Below the pieces are notes generated by a model. It had not been told where the DNA came from. It saw only the letters and a program-made list of their open reading frames with translations, and made no database searches. The translations under genes were made by a program, and so were the position numbers. This document shows positions 1 through 9,647 of a DNA stretch of 60,482 nucleotides, piece by piece (the first letter of the stretch is position 1; each line of letters starts with the position of its first letter). The stretch is from a virus (Duplodnaviria > Caudoviricetes), in IMG/VR virus record IMGVR_UViG_3300040733_000119, positions 1 to 60,482 of that record. One strand, 5' to 3'.

Positions 1-1047
1 TCACAAGTCCACGTCGCTCATCGCCCTCCCAATATCCTCAATAAATGTCTGCGTATAATGATCTGTCATCACACGGGTCTTGTGACGTAAAAAACGCCTG
101 GCTATCTCCTGAGCGTTGCCAGTTGTGAAATACCTCTCCATGATCCTTCTTCCGGCAGTATGTCGGAATATGTGCGTCGGCATGGCTTTATTAATGCCGC
201 ACTCTTTCATGGCTTTTCGGAAATGGTGGATTACTGTCGTCGTGGAACGGTAGGGAACAATATACTCTTGTTGTTCCAGATACCTGGTCCAGCGCCAGAT
301 TCGGGCAAGCCGATAGTCAAGCGGAATATCGAGTTGATCCCTATTTTTTGTTCTTGTCAATCGGATGACTCCCCGCTCCAGATCCACATCCTGGCACTTT
401 AATGCGCAAGCTTCGCCGATCCTCAATCCCGTAAACCTCAATAGATAAAATATCATTCTGTCCTGTCTGTTTAAAGCAGAGCGCAAGAGGTTCATTTCTT
501 CGGGCGTGAGAATGTCCGGTCTTGGGGGCGCAGTTCGGTAAAGTTCTACACGGTCGAATGGATGCGATGAAATGATGCCATGCTTGAATGCCCATCGGAA
601 CACAATACGAATATAGCGCAGGTCGTGATTCACCCCGCGCTTAATTCTTTGCTCGGACGAATAGTCTTGATCACGGCCGGCTTTTCGCTCGTGGAAAAGC
701 GCATCCCTGAACGTGTGAAGAACCTCCGGTGTAATGCGGTGGGCATAGATGTCACCGGCAATGCGTTCCAGGTGACGAATTGCCACACGCTCACGCCAGC
801 AATTGTGCTCATTCTGTCTAGCGACCGAATACAGAACGAACATTTCACCGATTCGTACGGGTGAGATTCGGGGAGGATCCGGGTGGGCAAGGACTGTATC
901 CGCGAAGAGTTTTACTTCTTTATAGGTTGTGGTGGAGGGGAAATAGTGGGAGTATCGTTTGCCATCTTTTGAATACTTGACCCGATAAGCCTTGCCATTT
1001 TTTGTTTTTATAACCTCAATGTGAGGCATCTGCAGCAACCTCTGCAT
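1..1047 (-). CDS. int: Tyrosine integrase (start may be 1029)
   Basis: FTGLRIGE, TKN, HIFRHT, LRH, DHY catalytic residues; short N-terminal arm-binding-like beta domain. Confidence 0.95.
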   Translation of the reverse strand: MQRLLQMPHIEVIKTKNGKAYRVKYSKDGKRYSHYFPSTTTYKEVKLFADTVLAHPDPPRISPVRIGEMFVLYSVARQNEHNCWRERVAIRHLERIAGDIYAHRITPEVLHTFRDALFHERKAGRDQDYSSEQRIKRGVNHDLRYIRIVFRWAFKHGIISSHPFDRVELYRTAPPRPDILTPEEMNLLRSALNRQDRMIFYLLRFTGLRIGEACALKCQDVDLERGVIRLTRTKNRDQLDIPLDYRLARIWRWTRYLEQQEYIVPYRSTTTVIHHFRKAMKECGINKAMPTHIFRHTAGRRIMERYFTTGNAQEIARRFLRHKTRVMTDHYTQTFIEDIGRAMSDVDL

Positions 1048-1140
1048 AATTGATCATTAGGCAGTTTTCTGGTTATGCCTTTTACCAATATCACCTATTG
1101 GATAATATGCAATGAAATTATCAGGAGAGTTGAATTGCGG

Positions 1141-1848
1141 CTAAAGTTTTTTCACGCACTCGACGGCTTTAAAGCAATAATCAATGCTCTTGTGATCGAT
1201 TATCTGGGGAGCTTCCTGACCGGAAGGGGTTTGGAGGATCAAGGAGTTTTCGAGGTAAAATAGTTTTCGGATTAGAGGAAGGCCTTTGTATAACATCCCA
1301 ATAAAATCGCCAGAATTAATGTTAATACGAGCATCAAAAACAAGGATACTGCCTGCTGCACACACCGGTTCTAATGAATCGTTAGGAATTTGAAACCCGA
1401 ACACATCCTCACCTCCATGTGTCGTTACGATAGTACCCACTTGGTTATCAATAACGAATTTTGCCAAATTTTTCTTAGAAGGCGGAAACGCTTTGATGAG
1501 ATAGATGCGGTGCAATTTTAATGCCTGGCTTTCAGGGATGTTAAGCTCTTGTAAAAATTGAAGCTCTCTTTCATCAATTGGCACTTCTTGAGACAGCTTG
1601 CCGTTCATTTCTGAGACTGCCCGCCGTTCTTTTTCGAGGATCTGGATAAAGTTTTCATCAAGTAGATCAGGTACAGTCAAACCGAAGAATTCAGCAGCCT
1701 TTTCCATATCCTTATAGTAGGTTGGCCGAATTCCTGAGAGAACGTGTGAAAACGAACTCTGGCTTCGCCCAAGGTACTCAGCGAGGCGGGTCCTTGGAAT
1801 TTTCTTTAGAGATAACAGCTTGACAATATTATCCCAAAATAGCTTCAT
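1141..1848 (-). CDS. CI-like repressor (HTH plus S24-like C-terminal domain)
   Basis: N-terminal HTH (RTRLAEYLGRSQSSFSHVLSG), C-terminal NDSLEP..GSILVFD..LIRKL; divergent from cro-like gene. Confidence 0.85.
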   Translation of the reverse strand: MKLFWDNIVKLLSLKKIPRTRLAEYLGRSQSSFSHVLSGIRPTYYKDMEKAAEFFGLTVPDLLDENFIQILEKERRAVSEMNGKLSQEVPIDERELQFLQELNIPESQALKLHRIYLIKAFPPSKKNLAKFVIDNQVGTIVTTHGGEDVFGFQIPNDSLEPVCAAGSILVFDARININSGDFIGMLYKGLPLIRKLFYLENSLILQTPSGQEAPQIIDHKSIDYCFKAVECVKKL

Positions 1849-1853
1849 GGCAC

Positions 1854-1882
1854 AATATAGTTAATTTGTATACGAAAGTAAA
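1854..1882 (-). promoter_or_regulatory. Repressor promoter (PRM-like), probably giving a leaderless mRNA
   Basis: Minus strand TTTACT-17-TATATT, then 5 nt and the ATG; no SD. Confidence 0.55.
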
Positions 1883-1914
1883 TAAAAAAAATACATCGCT
1901 GTGGAAAAAAATCC

Positions 1915-1986
1915 TTGACTTTATCAATAGTATAATGTATAATACTATTAGGATTATAATATTACAAAACAGCATATTTTGTAATA
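1915..1986 (+). promoter_or_regulatory. Lytic PR-like promoter and candidate operator
   Basis: TTGACT(1915)-17-TATAAT(1938); inverted repeat TATTACAAAA-N7-TTTTGTAATA at 1960-1986. Confidence 0.65.
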
Positions 1987-2009
1987 CAATAATACAATGC
2001 GGGTCACTT

Positions 2010-2285
2010 ATGCATCGCGTACCTAAAATAATTAAAGCGCGGGCCAGATATCTGGGCTATACTCTAAGGGACCTGGCCAAGGCCATCGATGTCAGCGACA
2101 CCAAGTTTAACTTTCTGTTTACTGGCCAGCAGATCATCAATCGACATCAATTGGCAACGGTCGCAGAGATCTTGCTCATGGATCCAGCTGAATTATATGA
2201 AGCGATTCCGAAAAATGTAGATGCGCAGTTTTATGAAGATCTGGTGCCACAAGTACGATCAGAACCGCAGAAAGCAGCTGTTTGA
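2010..2285 (+). CDS. Cro-like HTH regulator
   Basis: GYTLRDLAKAIDVSDTKF HTH, divergent from repressor. Confidence 0.75.
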   Translation: MHRVPKIIKARARYLGYTLRDLAKAIDVSDTKFNFLFTGQQIINRHQLATVAEILLMDPAELYEAIPKNVDAQFYEDLVPQVRSEPQKAAV

Positions 2286-2510
2286 TAACTGAATAAAAGT
2301 ACTCCGGTCTGCTACCCGCCAAGATAGATCAGACCGGAGCCATCAGCCAGCACTCTGAATTGAAGCCAGGAGTCCCAAATGCATCCAGGCTCTTTTTCAT
2401 TGGTGCGGCTTTCTATTTCAATATACAAAATGGGCAGATGATGGGCAAGTATTTCAAAATGTATTTTATGCAACCAGGCAACATGGTCAGGCACTTGCTG
2501 GAGGAAAACG

Positions 2511-2834
2511 ATGAATACGAAACCCCTAAAGAAGGAGGTGGGGATCGTGTGGCGGCTAGAACAGCAACTCATCCGGCTGACGCTGGAAAGAATGGTCAAT
2601 AACTGCACTCTCGGAAAGCTATCAACTATCGCCGATGAGACAGGCATGACCGAGGATGAATTCAGGAGCAAGATCAGTATGAATCCGCGAACGCCGATGA
2701 CCTGGGACGAGCGGATCGCAATCGAAAATCTGATCTTTAAGCTCGACGAAACTGAGTTTGTTCGTTATCTGCAACAATTCCACCTCAGTAACTTTGTGGT
2801 GGTCAGGGCCGATTTAAAGAGGGTTGCGGTATGA
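2511..2834 (+). CDS. Hypothetical protein, possible HTH (CII position)
   Basis: SD GGAGG; LSTIADETGMTEDEF. Confidence 0.5.
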   Translation: MNTKPLKKEVGIVWRLEQQLIRLTLERMVNNCTLGKLSTIADETGMTEDEFRSKISMNPRTPMTWDERIAIENLIFKLDETEFVRYLQQFHLSNFVVVRADLKRVAV

Positions 2835-3148
2835 ATGACTTTGATATTCTGGTGGATTCCTGGAAAGCCATGTTCGGGAATCGGGACCTGGTGACCAAAG
2901 GGGAAGCAGCCAATTTCCTGCATTGGAGCACCAGGACGGTGGACCGCAGAATTGAGGCCGGCTTGATCCGGCCAATTTTATTACGGGGATCCGGTAAGTT
3001 CAGAAAGCAGGGGCCGAAAAAACGAGAGAGCACCAGGGAATGGGAAGTGCGGATTCCTAAAATGGAGATCCTGAAACAGTTCATCCTGCTCGATGAGCTG
3101 GGGAGGTGCAAAGATGATAAATTGGGACGAGGACGTCTTGCGGTGTGA
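2831..3148 (+). CDS. Excisionase-like HTH protein
   Basis: LVTKGEAANFLHWSTRTVDRRIEAGLI. Confidence 0.65.
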   Translation: MNDFDILVDSWKAMFGNRDLVTKGEAANFLHWSTRTVDRRIEAGLIRPILLRGSGKFRKQGPKKRESTREWEVRIPKMEILKQFILLDELGRCKDDKLGRGRLAV

Positions 3149-3296
3149 TGAGGACGACGAGGAGCTTGAACCGCATCCCGTCCTTTTTCATACCTGGGTC
3201 TGCCCAAAATGCGGCGAAGAGTATACCGATGACAATCGAAGAATCGATTGGGTACAGGTCGATTATCAGATCAAATTGGAGCGTGGACTTGTGTAG
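3114..3296 (+). CDS. Small hypothetical protein with CPKC motif
   Basis: SD GGAGGT, in operon. Confidence 0.45.
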   Translation: MINWDEDVLRCDEDDEELEPHPVLFHTWVCPKCGEEYTDDNRRIDWVQVDYQIKLERGLV

Positions 3297-3312
3297 TGTG
3301 TGGGGAGGCGTT

Positions 3313-3639
3313 ATGGGTAAATTGACCATTTCAGGCATCAAAGCCCAAACAATTATGCGGTGCCATGATCGCGGAATGAACATCAAGGACATCGCAATTG
3401 AGGTTGGACTCAGCCAAAAATTCGTAAGCCGGCTGCTTAAAAATGGCGTATTCATCAGCCGCTATGGAAAAACAACTTTATACAGGGCTGAGCCGCAACC
3501 CCATCCGGATCAGCATCCATGCATGTTGAGAAAAAAGCTGTGGCCCAAATGCTATCACGGCGAGCACTGCTATTTATCCCGCCGCTGCGGAGCATGGACA
3601 AACTTTGTCAATGAGAGGGACGCTATATGTGGCTTATAA
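3313..3639 (+). CDS. HTH protein with Cys/His-rich C-terminus
   Basis: GMNIKDIAIEVGLSQKFVSRLL; SD GGAGG. Confidence 0.55.
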   Translation: MGKLTISGIKAQTIMRCHDRGMNIKDIAIEVGLSQKFVSRLLKNGVFISRYGKTTLYRAEPQPHPDQHPCMLRKKLWPKCYHGEHCYLSRRCGAWTNFVNERDAICGL

Positions 3640-3720
3640 CTGGAACCATCATTACAATTGCCGTATTGGCCCTGGCGCTCTGCAGGATAGCTTCCAGGAC
3701 CGATTGGCTGGAGGTGTATT

Positions 3721-4749
3721 ATGGCCTACGTCAAAACGAATGAAATGACCCGCGAGCAATGGCTTGCTGATCGGAAGACCTACCTCGGCGCCTCGGAGAC
3801 AGCCGCGATCCTGGGCTTCGACAAATACCGGACGCCGCTGGATGTGTACCGCATGAAGCGGGGAGAAGCTGAGCCTGAGACGGCCGGCGAAAAAGCAGAA
3901 GCGGGCCTCAGGGCAGAGCAGATGATTGCCGAGTGGCTCGCCGATCTCTACAACCTCAAAATCCAGCGGGACAATAAAATCCGCATCCATCCTACCTTGA
4001 AGTTTTGGCGCTGCAATCTCGACCGCGTCATCATCGGCCAGCCCAACGGCACGGCGCCTCTCGAACTCAAAACCACTTCCCTGGAAAATCTGAAAAACTG
4101 GAACCCGATGGCCGAGGAGCTGAACCCTTCCTTTGTTCATCACTGGGTGCAGGTGCAAAGCCAGCTGGCGGTTACCGGCTACAAGTGGGCAGCGATCGGC
4201 GTCATGCCGGCTGACAGCTTTCGCGGCTTCGGCCAGCCTGAGCTGATCATCATTCAGCCGGATCAGGAATTCATCGCGATGGCGACGGGCAAGGTTGAGG
4301 TATTTTGGGAGGAGCATGTTCTCAAAGGCGTTCCGCCGGATCCGGTTACCGAAGATGACCTGAAAATCCTCTATCCCCGCAGCCAGCCCAAGGTATTTCC
4401 CGTCGATGAATCCACCTGTAAACTAATCATCAAGATCGCCCGAATGCGGGCAGCTAAAAAGAAGATCAACGACCGGCTGGAGGAGATCGAGCTGGCTATC
4501 AAAATGCTGCTGACCGATTACGAAGCGGCCACTTTTGACGGCGAGGTGGTGTGCACCTACAAATCGGCCAAAGACAAGGAAGTATTCGACGAGGCCAAGT
4601 TCAAGGAAAAACATCCCGAGGAATCGGAGCAGTGGATTCAGAAAGTGCTGGATGTGGACTTTATCAAATCCGAGCATCCGGACCTTTACAACGAATGTCT
4701 GGATCCGAAACCGGGGAGCAGGTCACTGATCCCCAAAATCAAACTGTGA
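3721..4749 (+). CDS. YqaJ-like viral recombinase exonuclease
   Basis: WLADRKTYLGASE, NLDR, ELKT, VQVQSQL motifs; upstream of RecT. Confidence 0.92.
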   Translation: MAYVKTNEMTREQWLADRKTYLGASETAAILGFDKYRTPLDVYRMKRGEAEPETAGEKAEAGLRAEQMIAEWLADLYNLKIQRDNKIRIHPTLKFWRCNLDRVIIGQPNGTAPLELKTTSLENLKNWNPMAEELNPSFVHHWVQVQSQLAVTGYKWAAIGVMPADSFRGFGQPELIIIQPDQEFIAMATGKVEVFWEEHVLKGVPPDPVTEDDLKILYPRSQPKVFPVDESTCKLIIKIARMRAAKKKINDRLEEIELAIKMLLTDYEAATFDGEVVCTYKSAKDKEVFDEAKFKEKHPEESEQWIQKVLDVDFIKSEHPDLYNECLDPKPGSRSLIPKIKL

Positions 4750-4766
4750 AGAAACGGAGGTCTATC

Positions 4767-5957
4767 ATGGGCGGCGTAGCTGAACAACTGAAAAACAAGA
4801 TGGAACCCGAGCGGGGCAAGCCGGGCTCCGACGAACCTGCCAAAAAGGAGAAGAAAGAAAAGAATCCCATTCCAGTAACTTTCGCCGGCATGGATTCTCA
4901 GAAAATCGAAGGCGTCCTGCAACTTTACAAGCCGATGCTCGCCAATGTGCTGATGGGCGCGATTCCGCCTGAACGAATGATCCAGATTTCCACCAGGATC
5001 ATCGCCGATAACGACGACCTGAAAGCATGCAGCACACGCAGCATCATCGGAGCTGTTCTTTCTGCCGCCCTCATCCGGCTGGATCCGACGCCGGAGCTGG
5101 GGCTGGTGAGCTTCATCCCCCGAAAGGGGAAGTGCTGTTTTGACATAGGGTATCAGGGCTGGGTGGCTCTCATCTTGCGCAATCCCGCTGTCAGCCATAT
5201 CTATGCCTACGCAGTCCGGGAGGGCGACAAATTCGAAGTCAGGCTGGGGCTGGAACCCAACATTATTCACGTCCCCAACCTGGACAAGCCGGGCGATCTG
5301 AAGTATGTCTATGCAGTTGCTCACTTGACCAACGGCCAGACGCTTTTCCGCTATCTGAACAAGGCCCAGGTTGAAGCGCGGCGGGACCGGAGCGAAGCCA
5401 GAGACAGCAAATACTCACCCTGGAATCATCCTGTGCTCCGCGAGGAAATGTGGGCTAAAACAGCGCTCAAGGTTATTCGCAAATTTATCCCGGTCGATCC
5501 TGAGAGCAAGGTTTCCACGGCATTGGCTGTGGATGAACGCAGCATCATGCCGGAGGCCTTCGATCTGGAAACTAAAACGGTGAAGATGCAGGGCAATGTC
5601 GATGACGTGAACTTTACCGATGTGCCCGAGGGAAACGGCAATGGCGACAAGAAGTCCGGCGAGGGTCCTGCAGATGGTCAATCCGCCACATCACAGGAAA
5701 ATGGCGCTGGCAACCCTGGCAAATCCGCACCTGATGAGCGCTATCTCAAGGCTTTGGAGGTTCACCGCCAGAAGATCATCGAACTCAAGGGAGAGAAATT
5801 CTGGAACGATCTGCCTGGTCAATTCGGCCTCGAAAGCTTTACGGAGGTTCCTGCTGCGGATCAGGAACAAACACTTCTGGACCTGTCCAAAATCACCAAT
5901 GAAGCGCTGAGGGCTAATCAACGAGCTCAGAATGGCCAGCAAGGGAGCATCCTCTAA
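4767..5957 (+). CDS. recT: RecT-family single-strand annealing protein
   Basis: IGYQGW, AVREGDKF, SPW, EMWAKT motifs; SD GGAGG before 4767. Confidence 0.92.
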   Translation: MGGVAEQLKNKMEPERGKPGSDEPAKKEKKEKNPIPVTFAGMDSQKIEGVLQLYKPMLANVLMGAIPPERMIQISTRIIADNDDLKACSTRSIIGAVLSAALIRLDPTPELGLVSFIPRKGKCCFDIGYQGWVALILRNPAVSHIYAYAVREGDKFEVRLGLEPNIIHVPNLDKPGDLKYVYAVAHLTNGQTLFRYLNKAQVEARRDRSEARDSKYSPWNHPVLREEMWAKTALKVIRKFIPVDPESKVSTALAVDERSIMPEAFDLETKTVKMQGNVDDVNFTDVPEGNGNGDKKSGEGPADGQSATSQENGAGNPGKSAPDERYLKALEVHRQKIIELKGEKFWNDLPGQFGLESFTEVPAADQEQTLLDLSKITNEALRANQRAQNGQQGSIL

Positions 5958-6208
5958 TGACGACTTTGATTAAACTGGAAACCAGGAGTGGCCATCGGCG
6001 CCTTTGTTCTGCAAAATGCTACAATGCCAAAGGGCACAAATGCACGTGCATCTGCAATGGCATGAACCACGGCGTTGGACCGGAGGCAGCTGCGCAGAAT
6101 ACTCAAACCATGAATCAGGAATGGGTGGATCAGGTCAGAAGCATGATAAGCCGTCGGGAAGCACGGCAGCTTCAAGCCCAGGCGGACCAGTTGGCTTTGC
6201 ACTTTTAA
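5957..6208 (+). CDS. Cys-rich putative zinc-binding protein
   Basis: CSAKCYNAKGHKCTCICNGMNHG; TAATG coupling to recT. Confidence 0.6.
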   Translation: MTTLIKLETRSGHRRLCSAKCYNAKGHKCTCICNGMNHGVGPEAAAQNTQTMNQEWVDQVRSMISRREARQLQAQADQLALHF

Positions 6209-6467
6209 ATACCGCGTCCCACTCCGAACGACGCACCCCGGCGGCCGGCAAATGGCTGCCCGCTGCAAGCTGGCCGTCGGGGGTTACTTGGAGAAAGATC
6301 AATGAGCAAGTTACCCAAACCATTCAAACCGATTTCTTTCAACCGCCGAAGAGCCTTGCTCCGACCGGTTCGCCGCGTCAGATTCGATGAAGAAGAGCAC
6401 GGAAAACGGGCGAGAGCAAGAGCCAAAGCCTTTTTTAAAGGACTTTTCAGATGAATCGAGGTGCAAA

Positions 6468-6725
6468 ATGAAATCAATCACAGAGAACGGTCCCTACATG
6501 CAGGACTGCAGGTGTGGGATGATCGCCCTGTTTCTGATGCTGCCGATCCTGGCCCGGAACGGCTTCTCAGTGGAAAAGGCCGTGGCTGATTACCAGGCCA
6601 ATCATGCCCAGCACTTCAGATGCCCCTATGCCGGCAAAACTGGATCCTGTTCGCAGCTTTTGCTTGAGCAGGGGCCAGTGGTGGTGATCAGGAAGTGTAA
6701 GGCTCTACGTGATGCTCAGGAATAG
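6468..6725 (+). CDS. Hypothetical Cys-rich protein
   Basis: SD GAGGT, operon context. Confidence 0.45.
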   Translation: MKSITENGPYMQDCRCGMIALFLMLPILARNGFSVEKAVADYQANHAQHFRCPYAGKTGSCSQLLLEQGPVVVIRKCKALRDAQE

Positions 6726-6734
6726 GAGCATAAA

Positions 6735-6917
6735 ATGTTTGTAAGCGAAAAACATAAAAGAGAGCTGGTGCGGCTGGACACTCTTCTGCTGGAAATCGGC
6801 TATGAGCTGCTCAAGATGGCGGGCAACGCAGAACAAAAGCAAGAAATCAACGCTATCCTGGAATCTATAAAAGGTAGGCAAAGAAATGACCGGATACTGG
6901 ATCAAACTTTATCATGA
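6735..6917 (+). CDS. Small hypothetical protein
   Basis: SD AGGAG, operon context. Confidence 0.45.
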   Translation: MFVSEKHKRELVRLDTLLLEIGYELLKMAGNAEQKQEINAILESIKGRQRNDRILDQTLS

Positions 6918-7770
6918 ACTCCTCGACGATCCGAAGATGGCCACTATGCCCGACCATTTATGGCGTAGAACCATTGAGCTTTTTCTCGTTGCAGGGAAAA
7001 TTAATCACGCAGGAAATATCCCCAATACGAAAGAAATAGCTTGGTATCTCAGGACAGATGAGAAAGCCCTGTTGGCAGACCTGGAAGCTATCGCTGCGCT
7101 TGGTATTATCTCAAAGACTGAAAACGGCTGGGTAGTGAATAAATTCAGCATCCGGCAAGCTGCTGTATCTGATCGAGATCGAAAAGCAAACCAGCGGGAA
7201 CGTGACAAAAAAGCTCAGTACTATGGTCACGAAGATGTCACAGAAAGCCGACGAAAATCAAATCAAGAATGTGACGAAAATGATCACGCGGTGAGTCACG
7301 GCGATGTCACGAAATGTGACACAGATACAGATACAGAAACAGATACAGAAACAGATAAAGATAAAGACCCAGAACATATAATCCCGGCCCAGAAGCAAAA
7401 GCAGGAGCAGGACAGACCCATCGAACTTATCGATCAGCAGTACATACCACTATTCCGCCAGATAGCGGGCGTTTTCAAAGAAGAGGACCTTCCACCTACA
7501 TCCAAACGAATCAATACGTTAAAAAAGGCGATGAAGCTAACCCATATCGGCGGCTTTGACCGCATTCTGGAGGCGGCCAGCAATCTGGCCTGCTCACTAT
7601 CGCCGCATGGCATGAAAAGATACGACTGGTTACTCCACGGATTTGATTTCGAGGAGCACATCACGGAGTTTTTAACCAGGAAAAACAACGGCAAGCCAAA
7701 GCCGCGAAAGTATGCGTCAGTACCTGATGATTGGAGGCCCGAAGATGCAATCAACACCACTGCCAAATAA
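6886..7770 (+). CDS. Phage replication initiator (replisome organiser-like)
   Basis: YWIKLYHELLDDPK N-terminus, DTDTETDT linker, upstream of DnaB. Confidence 0.8.
   Translation: MTGYWIKLYHELLDDPKMATMPDHLWRRTIELFLVAGKINHAGNIPNTKEIAWYLRTDEKALLADLEAIAALGIISKTENGWVVNKFSIRQAAVSDRDRKANQRERDKKAQYYGHEDVTESRRKSNQECDENDHAVSHGDVTKCDTDTDTETDTETDKDKDPEHIIPAQKQKQEQDRPIELIDQQYIPLFRQIAGVFKEEDLPPTSKRINTLKKAMKLTHIGGFDRILEAASNLACSLSPHGMKRYDWLLHGFDFEEHITEFLTRKNNGKPKPRKYASVPDDWRPEDAINTTAK
7200..7370. repeat. Iteron-like GTCAC/GTGAC repeats and ACAGA(T/A) hexamer run; probable origin of replication
   Basis: Clustered GTCAC/GTGAC copies followed by ACAGATACAGATACAGAAACAGAT inside the initiator gene. Confidence 0.6.
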
Positions 7771-9121
7771 CGATTACGCCGAGATGGTCACAATTGGCTG
7801 TTTGCTTGAGGGATACGCTTCAGAGATGATTCTGGCTGAGTTGGTGCCGGAGGATTTTTACGGCGCGACAAATCGGATCATTTTCTCGGCTTGCCGGGAC
7901 ATCAACGCGAATGGGGCGCCAATCGGTTTGTTCAGCGTCATTGATCGTCTGCGCATCGACAATAACCTTGAAAAAGTTGGCGGAGAATCCTATCTGGCCC
8001 GATGCGCCGGCCAGGTTGTCAGCACCACCCAGGCGGACGGAGCGGTTTGGGGGGTTATCGAATCGGCGCGTTTGCGGCAAGGCTATCTGGCAACCACCAG
8101 AGCGAGCAGAGAATTCACGTCCTCAGGGCAGAATGCCACGGATTTGATTGATGGCCTCCAGAGCGAGCTGTTGAAAATCGTCAGCCGGAAAAGAGAGATT
8201 GCGGCGATTGAAGCCAAGGCTCTCATGGAGACAGCGGTAAGCGATATTGACTCTTGCAAGGGCAGACCAGGGCTATCTGGGGTCACGACAGGTTTCAAAC
8301 AGCTCGACTACTTCACGGCTGGGCTGCAAAAAAGTGAGCTGATCATCCTGGCCGCTCGTCCCTCAATGGGGAAGACGAGCTTGATGCTGAACATCGTGCA
8401 GAGTGCTTCGCTGGCAGGACAGAGTGTTTACCTTTTTTCCCTGGAAATGAGCGCCAGACAGCTGGCTTTGCGCATGATCTGTTCAGAAGCGCTCGTAAAT
8501 TCGCACCATGTCCGGACTGGCCATTTCAATGATGAGGAACACGAACGGCTCGTAAGGGCGGCTGAAAAATTGGGTCACTGCCAGCTCAAAATTAACGACA
8601 GCGTTAGCGATCTATCTGAGATTGTCGGTTTAGCAAAACGCGAGGCAGAGAATGGCAAAATTGACCTAATTTGCATCGACTACCTGCAACTGATAAATAC
8701 ACGGTTCTCAAAGGGAGAAACCAGGGATCGCGAAATTGGAACCATCACACGCCAACTCAAAGCCTTGGCAAAAGAGCTCGATGTTCCACTTCTCTGTTTG
8801 TCCCAGCTCTCGCGTGTGAACGAAGCACAGAAAGCGAGGCGCCCGACGCTGAACGCCTTGCGCGACTCGGGTAATATCGAACAGGACAGCGATACGGTGA
8901 TTTTCCTTCATTCTGACCAGTATTATGAGCGGGAGAATACAGACGGCGAACAGCTCGACGAATGGCAAACCGATGTCATGATAGCCAAACAGAGAAACGG
9001 TCCAACGCTGGATATCCCTATGCTTTTCCGGCGACAGTTTACCCGTTTTTATCCCATTGACGGGATACATGACAGCGAGACGGCGAGGGTCCAGGCGGCC
9101 CAATGGTATCAGGACTTTTAA
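7745..9121 (+). CDS. dnaB: Replicative DNA helicase
   Basis: AARPSMGKT, FSLEM, IDYLQL, LSQLSR, LRDSGNIEQDSD, KQRNGP. Confidence 0.96.
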   Translation: MQSTPLPNNDYAEMVTIGCLLEGYASEMILAELVPEDFYGATNRIIFSACRDINANGAPIGLFSVIDRLRIDNNLEKVGGESYLARCAGQVVSTTQADGAVWGVIESARLRQGYLATTRASREFTSSGQNATDLIDGLQSELLKIVSRKREIAAIEAKALMETAVSDIDSCKGRPGLSGVTTGFKQLDYFTAGLQKSELIILAARPSMGKTSLMLNIVQSASLAGQSVYLFSLEMSARQLALRMICSEALVNSHHVRTGHFNDEEHERLVRAAEKLGHCQLKINDSVSDLSEIVGLAKREAENGKIDLICIDYLQLINTRFSKGETRDREIGTITRQLKALAKELDVPLLCLSQLSRVNEAQKARRPTLNALRDSGNIEQDSDTVIFLHSDQYYERENTDGEQLDEWQTDVMIAKQRNGPTLDIPMLFRRQFTRFYPIDGIHDSETARVQAAQWYQDF

Positions 9122-9168
9122 TCGAATAAAGTAGGATCCGACAGTCAAGCAGGGGGAAAAGAGGTGTC

Positions 9169-9369
9169 ATGAAGATGCTTGAAAACAGATGGGTGGAATT
9201 CTGTCTTGGATGCGGGATCATCCTGATCGCATATACTGGAAGCCCACGCACAATGACAGAAGTGTTTATCGCCATCGGGGGAACTGCCTTGGGCGGTCTG
9301 CTCCTGATCGTTTCCTGGATGCAGGACTGCCAACACTCGAATTCGAATAGAAGGAGAACAAGGTCATGA
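9169..9369 (+). CDS. Small two-TM hypothetical protein
   Basis: SD GAGGT; two hydrophobic segments. Confidence 0.45.
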   Translation: MKMLENRWVEFCLGCGIILIAYTGSPRTMTEVFIAIGGTALGGLLLIVSWMQDCQHSNSNRRRTRS

Positions 9370-9638
9370 ATGAGTTGGATCGGGCCCTTGAATGGTACCA
9401 CGCGGCGTACCCCGAAAAACAACGCGGGAAGGTAACCTTGACCGATCTGTTTTTCTTCCTCGTGCACAGGATCGAGGAACTGAGGGAGCAATTAAAACAA
9501 CCCGGACGGCGCAAGCCGAAAATGTCCAGGAAGAGGTCAGAAGAAAATATAAAACGCTCGTTTGCCTGGGCTGGCATGGAAGGTCCCAAATCGCCAAAGC
9601 CTGCAGAAGTTCAGCCTGAGCAACAAAACGAAGGGTAG
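9366..9638 (+). CDS. Hypothetical protein
   Basis: ATGA overlap, operon context. Confidence 0.5.
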   Translation: MNELDRALEWYHAAYPEKQRGKVTLTDLFFFLVHRIEELREQLKQPGRRKPKMSRKRSEENIKRSFAWAGMEGPKSPKPAEVQPEQQNEG

Positions 9639-9647
9639 GGAGGAATC

